Shown: in pieces, positions 9,132-19,558 of the stretch
Layout of the letters: each line of letters opens with the position of its first letter
Numbering within the stretch: the first letter of the stretch is position 1
Source: an uncultured Gemmatimonadales bacterium
Lineage (GTDB): Bacteria; Gemmatimonadota; Gemmatimonadetes; Gemmatimonadales; GWC2-71-9
Direction of reading: 5' to 3'
NCBI GenBank assembly: GCA_963771275.1
Contig: CAVYSW010000010.1
Span: 640,001-704,000, forward strand
Length of the DNA: 64,000 nt
Program-made: the position numbers and the translations under genes
The notes under the pieces: generated by a model
Told to the model about the DNA's origin: nothing
The model's database searches: none
The model's input: the letters and a program-made list of their open reading frames with translations, nothing else

Positions 9132-10312
9132 CCTGGTGGGACCTGACGCCGGCTGAGGCGGCGGCCGTCATCCACGCATGGGGAGCCGCCCTCGGGCTGG
9201 AGCCGTTTCGGGCCCGGCAGATCATGCTGCGGCTCTGGGAGCGCCCGGTCCGCTCGTGGGTGGAAGCCACGGACCTGCCTGGCCCGGTGATCGCCGCCCT
9301 TGAGCGCGAGCACCCCATCCCGCGCCCCGCGCTGGCGGCCCGGCAGGAGTCGCGCGACGGAACCCTCAAGTACCTCTGGCGGTTCGCCGACGGGGCCGCC
9401 GTCGAATCCGTGCTGATCCCCGAGGGGCGGCGGCGCACGCTGTGCGTGTCCTCGCAGGCGGGCTGTGCCTTCGGCTGTGTCTTCTGTGCAACCGGCCGCA
9501 TGGGGTTCGGCCGCCATCTCGCCCCCTGGGAGATCGCCGTGCAGGTGCGGGAGCTCGCGCTCGATGCCGGCGCGGGCAAGCCCTCCAACGTCGTGTTCAT
9601 GGGGATGGGGGAGCCACTCCACAATTGGGCCGCCGTCGACGTCGCGTTGACCATTCTCAACGACCGCCACGGACTCGGGATTGGCGCCCGGCACGTCACC
9701 GTGAGCACCGTGGGAATCGTCCCGGGCCTCCGGCGGCTGGCGGAGCGGCCCGAGCAGTTTCGCGTCGCGCTGTCGCTGCACTCGCCGTTTGGCGCGCGCC
9801 GTCGCGCGCTGATGCCGGTCGAGCGCAAGTACCCCCTCGCCGACGTGCTGCGTGCGCTCGGTGCGTTCCGCCGACGCGTGACGTTCGAGTATGTCGTGAT
9901 CAAGGGTACGAACGACGGCCCCGATGACGCCCGCGAGCTGGCGCGCCTCGCGCGCGAGCTCGACGCGCACGTGAATCTCCTGCCGCTCCATCCCGGTGGC
10001 ACGCCCGGGCTCGTCCCCGCCCCGCCGGAAGGGATCGAGCGGTTCGCGGAGCAGGTGCGTGCGGCAGGGGCCAACGTGACGGTCCGTCGGAGCCGCGGGC
10101 TCGACATCGACGCCGCGTGCGGCCAGTTACGGATCGCGGTCGAGGGTGATCGCGTCCCGCCCCAGCAGCACCGTGACGTCGAGCAGCAGGGTGGAGTCGG
10201 GGGCGGAGGCGACGCGCCCGATCCCGAGCGCCTTGCGGACCGCGAGACCGGCAGCGCCGTCGCCCCGCCGCACAAGCACCAGCGTCGAGTCCGTTCCTCC
10301 CCCCGTCGCTGA
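9128..10312 (+). CDS. rlmN: 23S rRNA m2A2503/tRNA m2A37 radical-SAM methyltransferase RlmN
   Basis: CVSSQAGCAFGCVFCATG, VFMGMGEPL, VTVSTVG, RGLDIDAACGQL. Start uncertain (CTG 9128 or GTG 9005). Confidence 0.95.
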   Translation: MTWWDLTPAEAAAVIHAWGAALGLEPFRARQIMLRLWERPVRSWVEATDLPGPVIAALEREHPIPRPALAARQESRDGTLKYLWRFADGAAVESVLIPEGRRRTLCVSSQAGCAFGCVFCATGRMGFGRHLAPWEIAVQVRELALDAGAGKPSNVVFMGMGEPLHNWAAVDVALTILNDRHGLGIGARHVTVSTVGIVPGLRRLAERPEQFRVALSLHSPFGARRRALMPVERKYPLADVLRALGAFRRRVTFEYVVIKGTNDGPDDARELARLARELDAHVNLLPLHPGGTPGLVPAPPEGIERFAEQVRAAGANVTVRRSRGLDIDAACGQLRIAVEGDRVPPQQHRDVEQQGGVGGGGDAPDPERLADRETGSAVAPPHKHQRRVRSSPRR

Positions 10313-10534
10313 GCCGAAGGACACGACGTCGATTCCCTGATGGCGCAGTCGGCGCGTCACGGCACGTGCCAGGCCGTCCACGTCGGTTCCGTTCACGACC
10401 TCGACCGCGTACGTCACGCGCTCACCGGGGATCGGGAGGTCGCCCGTCGCCAAGTGCGGGCCGCGCACGGCCAGGCGCCAGGCGATCACGACGAGGAGTG
10501 CGGCCACCGCCGCCGCGCCGATCCACCTGCTCAC
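10127..10534 (-). CDS. LytR C-terminal-domain membrane protein
   Basis: N-terminal TM helix, VEVVNGTDVDGLA, and DVTVLLGRD at the end; GTGA-coupled to the HD gene. Confidence 0.85.
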   Translation of the reverse strand: MSRWIGAAAVAALLVVIAWRLAVRGPHLATGDLPIPGERVTYAVEVVNGTDVDGLARAVTRRLRHQGIDVVSFGSATGGGTDSTLVLVRRGDGAAGLAVRKALGIGRVASAPDSTLLLDVTVLLGRDAITLDRDP

Positions 10535-11070
10535 GGCAGCGCGTTCCAGAAGGCCACCGTCTGCGCGAGCAGCGGCCAGTTCTTCGAGAGACCGTAGCCG
10601 ATCCGCTCCCGGGCGATCTCGCGCAGCACGGCGTCCGGCTCGCGGCCGACCCGCCTCGCCTGCGCGGCGCGGCGGGCGTCGGGACGGCGCCGCCCGGGCT
10701 CCAGGAAGTCGGCCAGATAGAGCATCCGCCCCACCTGATCCCATCCGGCGTAGCCGATCGAGTGATAGCAGACCGCGTCGAGCACACCCCGGTCCCGCTC
10801 GCCGTCCTGCTCGGCCCGCCGGGCCGCCGCGGGGCCATGCCAGATCGTCGGCGGTCCCAGCTTCGGGGCGGCGAGGGCCGCGATGGTCTCGGTGGCGGCG
10901 TCCTTCAGGGCGTCATGCAGCAGCGCTGCCCGAATCCAGCGCGCGCGCTCTGCGCCCGACGCCCCGAGCCGGTCCGCCCAAATCACGAGCAGGGCCGCGA
11001 CCCGTCGGATGTGCGCGCGGCGGCGCGGGGTCGTGACCGCCCAGTCAGGCAGCGGGGGCAGCCTATCCAT
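10531..11070 (-). CDS. HD-domain hydrolase, YqeK (Ap4A hydrolase)-like
   Basis: RRAHI, AALLHDALK, HGPAAA, YHSIG, YLADFLEPGR. Confidence 0.8.
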   Translation of the reverse strand: MDRLPPLPDWAVTTPRRRAHIRRVAALLVIWADRLGASGAERARWIRAALLHDALKDAATETIAALAAPKLGPPTIWHGPAAARRAEQDGERDRGVLDAVCYHSIGYAGWDQVGRMLYLADFLEPGRRRPDARRAAQARRVGREPDAVLREIARERIGYGLSKNWPLLAQTVAFWNALP

Positions 11071-11938
11071 CGAGCACGGGATCGCCGCGCAGGCCGCTTC
11101 CCAGGGGGACGTTGTCGATCAGGCGCGTGGTGCCCACCCGGGCGGCGAGCGCGAGCAGCGCGCTCGCGTCGACCGGGTCGGTGGGCGCGAGGGTCTCCGG
11201 ATCCACGACCTCGACGTACTCCGGCGTCAGCCCGGGCGCGCGGGCCAACGTCGTGGCGACGGCCCGCAGGATCTCGGCCGCCCGCCGCGCGCCGGCCTGG
11301 AACGCATCGGACCCGGCCTGGAGCGCCTGCGGAATCGTCGCCGCGGCGCGCCGCTCGGCGGGCGAGAGGTACACGTTGCGCGAGCTCATGGCGAGTCCGT
11401 CCGCCTCCCGCACCGTTGGGGCGACGTCGATCTCCACGGGGAAGCTCAGATCCGCAGCCATGCGGCGGATCAGCTGGGCCTGCTGCGCGTCCTTCCGGCC
11501 GAACACGGCCACGTCGGGCTCGATGACGTGGAACAGCTTGGCGACGACCGTCAGGACTCCGGCGAAATGGCCCGGCCGGTGCGGGCCGCAGAGGTGCTCG
11601 GCGAGCGGTCCCGGATCGACCGTGACCCGGGCCGGCCCGCGGTACATCTCCGCCACGCTCGGCACGAACAGACAGTCGACACCGCGCCGCTCCGCGCAGG
11701 CGCGGTCGCGCGGGAGATCCCGGGGGTAACGGGCGAAGTCCTCCTGCGGGCCGAACTGCAGCGGATTCACGAAGATGCTCAGCGCCACCACGTCGGCGGC
11801 CTCACGGGCGCGGTTCACCAGGCGCAGGTGTCCTTCGTGTAGGGCGCCCATGGTCGGCACGCAGCCGACCCGCCGACCCGCCTGCCGCTGCGCGCGGCTC
11901 CACGCGCGGACCTCCGTGACCGACGCAAGCTCGATCAC
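11063..11938 (-). CDS. panC: pantoate--beta-alanine ligase
   Basis: VPTMGALHEGH, SIFVNPLQF, RPGHFAGV, GLAMSSRN, RLIDN. Start GTG 11938. Confidence 0.97.
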   Translation of the reverse strand: MIELASVTEVRAWSRAQRQAGRRVGCVPTMGALHEGHLRLVNRAREAADVVALSIFVNPLQFGPQEDFARYPRDLPRDRACAERRGVDCLFVPSVAEMYRGPARVTVDPGPLAEHLCGPHRPGHFAGVLTVVAKLFHVIEPDVAVFGRKDAQQAQLIRRMAADLSFPVEIDVAPTVREADGLAMSSRNVYLSPAERRAAATIPQALQAGSDAFQAGARRAAEILRAVATTLARAPGLTPEYVEVVDPETLAPTDPVDASALLALAARVGTTRLIDNVPLGSGLRGDPVLDG

Positions 11939-12744
11939 GACCCGAAACTGTGGTCCGCGTCCGGGTAGCGGCCTTCCCGGACGTCCACGCCGAAGGCGCG
12001 CACCGCCCCGCGCACATCGTCCGCCAGGCTGGCGTAGCACTTGAGGAACTTGGCGTGGAACTGCTCGTTCAGCCCCAGCATGTCGTGCAGTACCAACACC
12101 TGCCCGTCGCAGCCCGGGCCGGAGCCGATGCCGATCGTGGGAATCGTCAGCTGGCGCGAGATACGCTCGGCGAGCGGCGCGGGCACCAGCTCCAGGACCA
12201 GCGCGAAGGCCCCGGCGTCGGCCACCGTCTGGGCGTCGGCCACCAGCCGCTCGGCGGCGTCCGCGCCACGACCCTGCACCCGGGCCCCACCCAGGGCATG
12301 CACCGATTGCGGCGTGAAGCCCAGGTGGGCCATCACCGGAATGCCGATCTCGACCAGCGCTCGGATGGTGGGGGCGAGATGCGCGCCACCCTCGAGCTTC
12401 ACCGCGCTCGCCCCCGTCAGCTGCAGCACCCGCCCCGCGTTGCGCTTGGCCTCCTCGATGGACACCTGGTAGCTGAGGAACGGCATGTCGAGCACCAACA
12501 GCGCGCGGCGGACACCGGCCCGGACGATCCGGCCGTGGTAGATCATCTGCTCCAGTGTCGCCGAGAGCGTGGTGGGCTGGCCGCAGAGCACGGTATTCAC
12601 CGAGTCGCCGACCAGGATCACGTCGGTGCCGGCGCTGTCGACGAGGGCGCCGAACAGCGCGTCGTACGCGGTCAGGGCCACGATCTTCTTGCCGGCGCGT
12701 TTCATCGCGCCCAGCTCATGGGTCGTCACGGGGTTATCGGGCAT
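11935..12744 (-). CDS. panB: 3-methyl-2-oxobutanoate hydroxymethyltransferase
   Basis: LTAYD, ILVGDS, DMPFLSY, VKLEGG, HLGFTPQS, GQVLVLHDMLG. Start ATG 12744. Confidence 0.97.
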   Translation of the reverse strand: MPDNPVTTHELGAMKRAGKKIVALTAYDALFGALVDSAGTDVILVGDSVNTVLCGQPTTLSATLEQMIYHGRIVRAGVRRALLVLDMPFLSYQVSIEEAKRNAGRVLQLTGASAVKLEGGAHLAPTIRALVEIGIPVMAHLGFTPQSVHALGGARVQGRGADAAERLVADAQTVADAGAFALVLELVPAPLAERISRQLTIPTIGIGSGPGCDGQVLVLHDMLGLNEQFHAKFLKCYASLADDVRGAVRAFGVDVREGRYPDADHSFGS

Positions 12745-13171
12745 GGAGTTCGAGCTCCGCAAGCTCGCGTTGCCAGAAGGGTCGGTTGGCCAGCTCGGGA
12801 TGGGGAACGATGAGGTCGGCTTCATGGACACGGCGATCCCCGAAGCGGACGATGTCGAGGTCCAGCGTGCGGGGGCCCCACCGGACGCGGCGCGTCCGCC
12901 CCGCCCGCCGCTCGATGCTGAGGCATGCCTCGAGCAGAGCCCGGGGGGACAGGGCGGTGCGCAACAGCACCATCTGGTTGAGGTAGGGTGGTTGGCCGGG
13001 AGGCCCGAGCGGCGCCGTTTCCTCGACGGTGCTGGCCGCGACCAGCGCGGTGCGCGGCAGGCGCGCGAGGGCCGCGCGCCCACGCGCCAGGTTGCCCGCC
13101 CGGTCGCCGAGGTTGGAGCCGAGCGCCACGAACGCGCGCTCAGGCGCGGCCGCGGTCTGCGGGTCGCTCAC
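12734..13171 (-). CDS. folK: 6-hydroxymethyl-7,8-dihydropterin pyrophosphokinase
   Basis: ALGSNLGDR, YLNQ, RWGPRTLDLDI, PHP. Confidence 0.96.
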   Translation of the reverse strand: MSDPQTAAAPERAFVALGSNLGDRAGNLARGRAALARLPRTALVAASTVEETAPLGPPGQPPYLNQMVLLRTALSPRALLEACLSIERRAGRTRRVRWGPRTLDLDIVRFGDRRVHEADLIVPHPELANRPFWQRELAELELHAR

Positions 13172-13529
13172 GTTCGATCACCACTTCGACATGATCCAGC
13201 GGCCCCGCGATCGGCGCGTGGGGTTTCCGGGCCGCCACCCGCACGCGCTCGATGGCGGGGATCGCCAGGACACGGGCGGCGATCTTCTCGCACAGCGCCT
13301 CGAGCAGCATATGGTGCGTCGTCCCGACGATCTCGCTCGCGATCCGATAGAGATCGCGGTAGTCGACGAGATGCCGAGCCGAGTCGCTCTCCCCCACGGA
13401 GCGGAGCGGGAGCCAGGCCGTGAGATCCAGCTCGAGGGGCTGCGGCACGTGTTCCTCGTGCGGCAGCAGGCCCACCAGCGTGTGGAACCGCATGCCTTTG
13501 AGCACGATGCGATCGCAACTGGGTGTCAT
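13140..13529 (-). CDS. folB: dihydroneopterin aldolase
   Basis: DRIVLKGMRFH..VG..PHE, VDY, LLEAL, KPHAPI. Confidence 0.93.
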   Translation of the reverse strand: MTPSCDRIVLKGMRFHTLVGLLPHEEHVPQPLELDLTAWLPLRSVGESDSARHLVDYRDLYRIASEIVGTTHHMLLEALCEKIAARVLAIPAIERVRVAARKPHAPIAGPLDHVEVVIERERPADRGRA

Positions 13530-13542
13530 GTCGGCTGCTCCC

Positions 13543-14334
13543 TCAGGGTACGGCGACCACATCGAGGGCCTGGCGCAGCTCCCGCACCAGCCGCGTCGCG
13601 GGCTCGAGCCCGTCGGCGAGGCGCCGGACGAGCGCGGAGCCCACCACCACGCCGTCGGCGAACCCGGCGACCGCGCGCGCCTGCTCGCCGTCGGCGATGC
13701 CGAACCCCACGGCGACGGGGAGCGTGCTCCGGGCGCGGATCTCCGTCACGGTACGCCGCACGGTGTCGGTGATGGCGGTGGCGGCTCCGGTCACGCCCAG
13801 CCGCGAGATCACATAGATGAAGCCGCGCGCGTCACGGACGATCTCGGTGAGGCGTGCGGCGCGGGTGGTCGGGGCCACGAGGCGGATCAGGTCGAGCTCC
13901 GCCCGCTCGACCGTCGCCTCGACCGCGGGATCGGTTCCCGCCGGAAAGTCGGTGAGCAGCAGGCCGGCGGCGCCGGCCTGTCGGGCGTCGCGGACGAACC
14001 GCGCCAGGCCGTAGTGCAGCACGGGATTCAGGTACGTGAACAGGATCACCGGGATGCCGAGGCCCGCCCGCTGCACCAGCTCCAGCACGCCAGCGGTGGT
14101 CATCCCGGCCGCGAGCGCCTCGTGCGAGGAGCGCTGGATCACGGGGCCGTCGGCGAGCGGATCGCTGAACGGCACGCCGATCTCGACGAAATCGGCGCCT
14201 TCCTGCTCGAGCATGCGCAGCGCCGCCTGCGTGCCGGCGCGGCTGGGATAGCCCGCGGTGAGGTACGGGATCAGCGCCGTCCGCCCCGCCGCGCGCACGG
14301 CCCGCCAGCGCGCCGCCAGCGGCCGCTCAGACAA
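13543..14334 (-). CDS. trpA: tryptophan synthase alpha chain
   Basis: YLTAGYP, EIGVPFSDPLADGPVIQ, GVTG, VGFGI, DGVVVGSA. Confidence 0.98.
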   Translation of the reverse strand: MSERPLAARWRAVRAAGRTALIPYLTAGYPSRAGTQAALRMLEQEGADFVEIGVPFSDPLADGPVIQRSSHEALAAGMTTAGVLELVQRAGLGIPVILFTYLNPVLHYGLARFVRDARQAGAAGLLLTDFPAGTDPAVEATVERAELDLIRLVAPTTRAARLTEIVRDARGFIYVISRLGVTGAATAITDTVRRTVTEIRARSTLPVAVGFGIADGEQARAVAGFADGVVVGSALVRRLADGLEPATRLVRELRQALDVVAVP

Positions 14335-15805
14335 AGTAGTCGCCGGGGGTGATCCCCCAGCGCGCCGGATCCGTCACCTTGATGATCGACCGCTTGAAAT
14401 TCCCGTCCGGTCCGGCGTCCGCGAGGTTGACGAGCGGGGGTGTCGCGACCCGCTGTCCCTCGGGCCCGAGCACGAGGCGGACGATCGGTCGATGGATGTG
14501 CGTCAGATCGGAGTTCGCCGCGTGGACGATCGCGATCTCATAGGTGTCGAGGATGACGCAGGTCCCCACGGGGTAGATGCCCACCAGGTTGATCAGCGCC
14601 TTCACGAGCACGGGGTCGAGACCGCGTCGCGGGTTCTCCCACATCTCGCGCAGCACCTCGTCGGGCTGCATCGGCACGGTCTGGTAGCTGCGGCGGGTCG
14701 TCGCGGCGTCGAACCCGTCGGCCACGGCGACGATCTTGGAGAACACCGAGAGGTTCCGCGGCCGGATCGCCTTGGGATAGCCGCTGAGATCCGTCTTCAT
14801 GTGGTGCTCGTGCGCCACGATCATCCCCCGATAGGGGATCTCGCCGTAGCCGCGCAACCCGAACAGCGTGAGCACGCCCAGCCATGGGTGGGACTGCATG
14901 ATGCGCCACTCGTCGTCCGTCAGCACCCCGTGCTTGGTCAGGATCTCGAGAGGCACGCGGCTCTTGCCGACGTCGTGCAGCAGGGCCGCGAGGCCAAGAT
15001 CGAACAGCTGCAGGCGGCCTAGGCCGAGGCGTTTCCCGATCGCCACGGCGAAGATGCAGACGTTGACCGAGTGGGTGAACGTGTACTCGTCATAGTCGCG
15101 GATCGTCGTGAGCCCGACGAGCGACACTTCGTTGGCGAGCACCTGATCGACGATGCTCTGGACCGCCCGCTTCACCTTCTTGACGCTCGCGCTCCGGCCC
15201 ATCCGGATGCTGCCGACGACCTCCTTCGTGACGGCGACCGACCGCTCGTAGGTGCGTTTGGCGACCTCTTTGGCCCGCTGCTCGTCGGCCAGCTCCTCGG
15301 TCTCCTCGCCGGGCGGGTCCACCGTGACGTGCGTGACACCGCCCTGCATCATGCGCTGGTACAGCTCCGTGAGCTTCGACGGAGACGGGTCACGCGTGCC
15401 GGCCCCGAGCAGGAGCGATGCGAACACCTGCCATTCCCGGCGCTCGACGTGCTCGTCCACGCGCACCACCCCGATCCCGGCGGCGCGGAGCGTGCCGAGC
15501 ACGTGGCTGAACGACGCGTAGTTGTCGAGGTTGAGCCGTAACCGGGTGGAGTTCACGAAGATGAACTCCCCGGAGATCCGGATCTCGAGCTGGTCCTCGA
15601 CCTGGAGCAGGGCCAGCGCCGACTGGTGCAGCTCGTCCAGGCCGCGCTGCACCTGCTCGTTCTCCACCGGGTAGAGTTTCAGGCTCCGCAGCACGGCGTA
15701 GAAATTCAGCAGGAACTGCCGGCCCCCCTGGCGAACGAGGCCGTCGGTCGCCTGCAGGGCGTCCGCGATGGTGCTGCGTCGCCGCTCGCCGCCCGGTTCG
15801 GTCAT
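14327..15805 (-). CDS. HD-GYP phosphodiesterase with an uncharacterised N-terminal domain
   Basis: YTFTHSVNV, LLHDVGK, HPWLG, HEHH..DLSGYP, IVAVADGFDA..TRRSY. Confidence 0.88.
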   Translation of the reverse strand: MTEPGGERRRSTIADALQATDGLVRQGGRQFLLNFYAVLRSLKLYPVENEQVQRGLDELHQSALALLQVEDQLEIRISGEFIFVNSTRLRLNLDNYASFSHVLGTLRAAGIGVVRVDEHVERREWQVFASLLLGAGTRDPSPSKLTELYQRMMQGGVTHVTVDPPGEETEELADEQRAKEVAKRTYERSVAVTKEVVGSIRMGRSASVKKVKRAVQSIVDQVLANEVSLVGLTTIRDYDEYTFTHSVNVCIFAVAIGKRLGLGRLQLFDLGLAALLHDVGKSRVPLEILTKHGVLTDDEWRIMQSHPWLGVLTLFGLRGYGEIPYRGMIVAHEHHMKTDLSGYPKAIRPRNLSVFSKIVAVADGFDAATTRRSYQTVPMQPDEVLREMWENPRRGLDPVLVKALINLVGIYPVGTCVILDTYEIAIVHAANSDLTHIHRPIVRLVLGPEGQRVATPPLVNLADAGPDGNFKRSIIKVTDPARWGITPGDYFV

Positions 15806-15809
15806 CTGG

Positions 15810-17489
15810 TCAGCTCACCTCGCGCAACGCCTTGCCCACGGCGTTGCGCACCAGGGGGTCCTTGTCCTGGGCGGCGGCCTGCAGCGCCGCCCGCGCGTCC
15901 TCCGTGCGGATCCGCCCCAGCGCCATCGCCGCGCACGCCCGCGTCTCGGGGTCCGTCTTCTTCTTCATGAAGCCGCCGGTCTCGAGCAGGGGTATCAGGT
16001 GTCGAATGACTCCCGCCCCGCCCAAGGTACCGAATGCCTCGAAGAACACCATCTTCTCGGTGAGGTCGGCGGCGCGCAGCTCCTTGCCGAGCACCACTTC
16101 CTCGATGCGGGGGAGGGCCGCCCGATGGCCGCGCGTCGCGAGCACCCGCACGGCGGCCACCCGCACGTCCCGGTGGACATCCTGGATGGCGCGCTCGAGC
16201 TGCTGCATCGCGCCGGGCGTGCCGATCGAGGCGAGCGCCTCCACGGCAGCGACCTTGATCGTGGCGTCCGCGTCGCCGATCAGCAGGCCCCCGAGCGCCG
16301 GGACCAGGGGCGGCAGTCGCAGCCGGCCGGCGATCCGCGTCGTCTCGAGCACGACGGCCGGGTTCTCGTTGCCCAGGGCTTTGGCGAGCTCGTCGGGATG
16401 CTGCGCCGCGATCCGCTGCACCGCGACGCCGAGCAGGTCCCGCACCCGCGCGTTCGTCAGCTGCGGCATGCACCCGAGCACCGTCTCCAGCGCCTCCCCG
16501 CGCAGCTCGCGGAACAGGGCGGCAAGCTCCTCCTCGGTGGGGTGAATGACCGCCTCGTCGAGTGACTGCAGCAGCTGGGTCACCGCGTCGGCCTTCGATA
16601 GCCTGGCGGGCAGCTCCTCGAGCGCGCGGCGGTGTTCCGGCAGCAGCTCGCGCGCCCGATCCAGCACGGCGCGCAGCTCACGCAGCACGTACGCGACCGA
16701 CCGGAAATCCCCCACCCCCAGCAGGTACGGGATGACGTTGTCGATGATCGACGTGATCTCGGCGCGCACGGTCGCGTACGTGTGCAGCTCGAAGATGTCG
16801 AACAGGATCGCGAGGATGTTGCCCCGCAGGTCCTGCTGGTACTCGCGGTCGACCTCGCTGCGCAGGTACTGGACGTCGCGGTCGTCGAGGAAGTAGAGCG
16901 TCGAGTCGAAGTCCTCCAGCCGCACCACGCCGGGTGGCGGCTCCGGCCCCTCCTCCTCGACTTCCTGCACAGCCGTGCGGTCCGGAGGCAGTTGCCGCTC
17001 GACGGTGTCGTCCGCCTTGATCTGGGCCGTGTCATCCGCGATCAGCTCGACGAAGTCGTAGCGGATCCGCTGGAACTCCTGTTCCCAGAGCAGCGTGAGC
17101 AGGTCGTCATCGGCCGTGGCCGGGAGGTTGCGCGCCTTGTTGATCACCTGGAGCAGCCGGACGAATTCGTCCGCCTCGGAGCCCGGCCCGATCACGATCG
17201 TGCGAACGCCATCCTTGAACAGCACCCACGCGAGGCTCTCGGCCCGCGGCTGACTCAGCACGACCTTGCCCTGCCACTTCAGGTCCGTCTCACCGACGGC
17301 GAGCGTCAGCTCGTCGCACGCATCCCAGAGCGGCGGAAACGCCTTCCGCACGTTTTCCATCGCCGTCTGGTAGACCGGGTTGTTCGGCAGATAGAGCTGC
17401 GCCGCCCGCAGCCCCTTGAGCATCGCCTGCAGGAACGCCTCGACGGCGCTGGAATCGACTTCCCAGCCCGCCGCAGTCGCTTCGGTCAC
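15810..17489 (-). CDS. HEAT-repeat protein with an uncharacterised N-terminal domain
   Basis: C-terminal HEAT repeats ([62 protein letters not shown]). Start GTG 17489, coupled to the trpB stop. Confidence 0.88.
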   Translation of the reverse strand: MTEATAAGWEVDSSAVEAFLQAMLKGLRAAQLYLPNNPVYQTAMENVRKAFPPLWDACDELTLAVGETDLKWQGKVVLSQPRAESLAWVLFKDGVRTIVIGPGSEADEFVRLLQVINKARNLPATADDDLLTLLWEQEFQRIRYDFVELIADDTAQIKADDTVERQLPPDRTAVQEVEEEGPEPPPGVVRLEDFDSTLYFLDDRDVQYLRSEVDREYQQDLRGNILAILFDIFELHTYATVRAEITSIIDNVIPYLLGVGDFRSVAYVLRELRAVLDRARELLPEHRRALEELPARLSKADAVTQLLQSLDEAVIHPTEEELAALFRELRGEALETVLGCMPQLTNARVRDLLGVAVQRIAAQHPDELAKALGNENPAVVLETTRIAGRLRLPPLVPALGGLLIGDADATIKVAAVEALASIGTPGAMQQLERAIQDVHRDVRVAAVRVLATRGHRAALPRIEEVVLGKELRAADLTEKMVFFEAFGTLGGAGVIRHLIPLLETGGFMKKKTDPETRACAAMALGRIRTEDARAALQAAAQDKDPLVRNAVGKALREVS

Positions 17490-18679
17490 GACGACGCCCC
17501 CGTCATGGCGGCGACGTGTGCCACGTCCTTGTCGCCCCGACCGCTCACGTTGACGATCACGATATCGTCCGGCCTGCGCTCGGTGGCCCCGGCCAGGACC
17601 CACGCCACGGCGTGCGCCGGCTCGAGCGCCGGCACGATTCCCTCCAGCCGCGCCAACTCACGAAAGGCGGCGAGCGCGGCCGCGTCCGTCACGGCCACGT
17701 AGCGTGCCCGCCCAGTGTCCTTCAAGTAGGAGTGCTCGGGCCCCACGCCGGGGTAGTCCAGGCCGGCCGACACGGAATGGGCCGGCTGGACTTGGCCGTC
17801 CGCGTCCTGCAACAGGTAACTCAGGCTGCCGTGCAACACGCCCGGGCTCCCGGCGACCAGGGACGCGGCGTGACGGTGCGTCGCGAGTCCCTCACCGGCA
17901 GCTTCCACCCCCACCAGCCGCACCGTCGCGTCATCGAGGAAGCCGGTGAACAGGCCAATCGCGTTGGAGCCGCCGCCCACGCACGCGACGACTTCGGTCG
18001 GGAGGCGCCCCGTCCGCTCGAGCACCTGCGCGCGGGCCTCCCGGCCGATCACGGCCTGGAAATCCCGCACCATGCGCGGAAACGGATCGGGGCCCACCAC
18101 GGAGCCGATCACGTAGTGGGTGGTGTCCACATGAGTCACCCAGTCGCGCAGCGCCTCGTTGGTGGCGTCCTTCAGCGTCTGCGTGCCAGCGGTCACCGGC
18201 ACCACCGTGGCGCCAAGCAACTCCATGCGATACACGTTGAGCCGCTGCCGCTCGATGTCTGCCGCACCCATGTATACCACACACTCGAGCCCGAAGTGCG
18301 CGCAGGCAGTCGCCGTCGCCACCCCGTGCTGCCCCGCCCCGGTCTCCGCGATGATGCGGCGCTTGCCCATCCGGCGGGCCAGCAGCACCTGGCCCAGCGT
18401 ATTGTTGATCTTGTGGGCGCCGGTGTGCGCGAGGTCTTCGCGCTTCAGCAACACGCGACACCGCGCGGCGGCCGACAGGCGCTCCGCGTCCGAGAGCGGC
18501 GTCGGGCGACCGGCATACCGGCTCAGCAGGGTCGCCAGCTCGGTCGCGAAGGCGGGGTCGACGCGCGCCGCGTCGTACGTCTCGGCCAGATCGTCCAGCG
18601 CCGCCACGAGCGTCTCCGGCACGTAGCGCCCCCCGTACGGGCCGAAGCGGCCTGCCCCAATCGTGCCCTGCGCGGTCAC
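17486..18679 (-). CDS. trpB: tryptophan synthase beta chain
   Basis: [56 protein letters not shown]. Confidence 0.98.
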   Translation of the reverse strand: MTAQGTIGAGRFGPYGGRYVPETLVAALDDLAETYDAARVDPAFATELATLLSRYAGRPTPLSDAERLSAAARCRVLLKREDLAHTGAHKINNTLGQVLLARRMGKRRIIAETGAGQHGVATATACAHFGLECVVYMGAADIERQRLNVYRMELLGATVVPVTAGTQTLKDATNEALRDWVTHVDTTHYVIGSVVGPDPFPRMVRDFQAVIGREARAQVLERTGRLPTEVVACVGGGSNAIGLFTGFLDDATVRLVGVEAAGEGLATHRHAASLVAGSPGVLHGSLSYLLQDADGQVQPAHSVSAGLDYPGVGPEHSYLKDTGRARYVAVTDAAALAAFRELARLEGIVPALEPAHAVAWVLAGATERRPDDIVIVNVSGRGDKDVAHVAAMTGASS

Positions 18680-19500
18680 GGCGTTGATCCTCCACGGCGA
18701 CGCGTCATGCCGGGGCGTCCGGCACGCGGCACCCCGACGAGACCCGCAACGGCGTGCGTGGGGTCGGTCGCACCGGCCAGTGCTGTGCCCACCAGAATAG
18801 CGTCCGCCCCCCATGCCGCAACCCGCTCGACATCGGCGCGCGTCGCGATCCCGGACTCCGCCACGGCGACGACGCCTGGGGGAATCGCCGCGAGCACGGG
18901 CGCGGCGGCCTCGGGGCGCACGGTAAACGTCGTAAGGTCCCGACAGTTCACACCCACCGCGTCGGGCGCGAGCGCGAGGGCGGCCTCGAGCTCCCCGAGC
19001 GCGTGCACCTCCACGAGGCGCGCGAGGCCCAGCTCACGGGCCACGGCGCTCAGCTCCTCCAGCCGCTTCGGGTCGAGCGCCCGCACGATCAGCAGCACCG
19101 CGCTCGCGCCCGCCGCGCGCGACTCGTGGAGCTGGAGCGGATCGAGGATGAAGTCCTTCCGGAGCAGCGGGACCGGCACCGCGCGGCGCACGGCCGAGAG
19201 ATCCGCGATCGAGCCGCCGAAGTGCGGTCCCTCGGTGAGCACCGAGATGGCGGCGGCGCCGCCGGCCACATAGGCCCGCGCGTGATGGGCGGGGTCGAGC
19301 TGCGGCGCAATCCCGCCAGCCGACGGCGAGCGCCGCTTGATCTCCGCGATCAGCGCGACCCGGTCGCCGGCAAACGCCGCGCTCCAGGGCGGCGCCGGCG
19401 CGGCGCGGCCGGCCGCCTGCAGAATCTCGGCCTGGCGGTCGCGCAGCCGGGCGATACGGGTGCGCGTCGCGTCGAGCAGCGAGTCGAGGGACACGGTCAC
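18676..19500 (-). CDS. trpC: indole-3-glycerol-phosphate synthase
   Basis: [33 protein letters not shown]. Start near GTG 19500. Confidence 0.96.
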   Translation of the reverse strand: MTVSLDSLLDATRTRIARLRDRQAEILQAAGRAAPAPPWSAAFAGDRVALIAEIKRRSPSAGGIAPQLDPAHHARAYVAGGAAAISVLTEGPHFGGSIADLSAVRRAVPVPLLRKDFILDPLQLHESRAAGASAVLLIVRALDPKRLEELSAVARELGLARLVEVHALGELEAALALAPDAVGVNCRDLTTFTVRPEAAAPVLAAIPPGVVAVAESGIATRADVERVAAWGADAILVGTALAGATDPTHAVAGLVGVPRAGRPGMTRRRGGSTP

Positions 19501-19509
19501 GAAGTGTGC

Positions 19510-19538
19510 TTGCGGTTCGGGTGGTCTTCGGGTATACT
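19510..19538 (+). promoter_or_regulatory. lexA sigma70 promoter
   Basis: TTGCGG(19510-19515)-N17-TATACT(19533-19538). Confidence 0.7.
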
Positions 19539-19558
19539 GTGTTCGGGCTTCTTTCGGG
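19515..19558 (+). promoter_or_regulatory. two tandem candidate LexA boxes (GTTC-N7-YTTC direct repeats)
   Basis: GTTCGGG/CTTCGGG at 19515/19526 and GTTCGGG/TTTCGGG at 19541/19552, each pair at 11-bp period, flanking the -10 of lexA. Confidence 0.7.
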
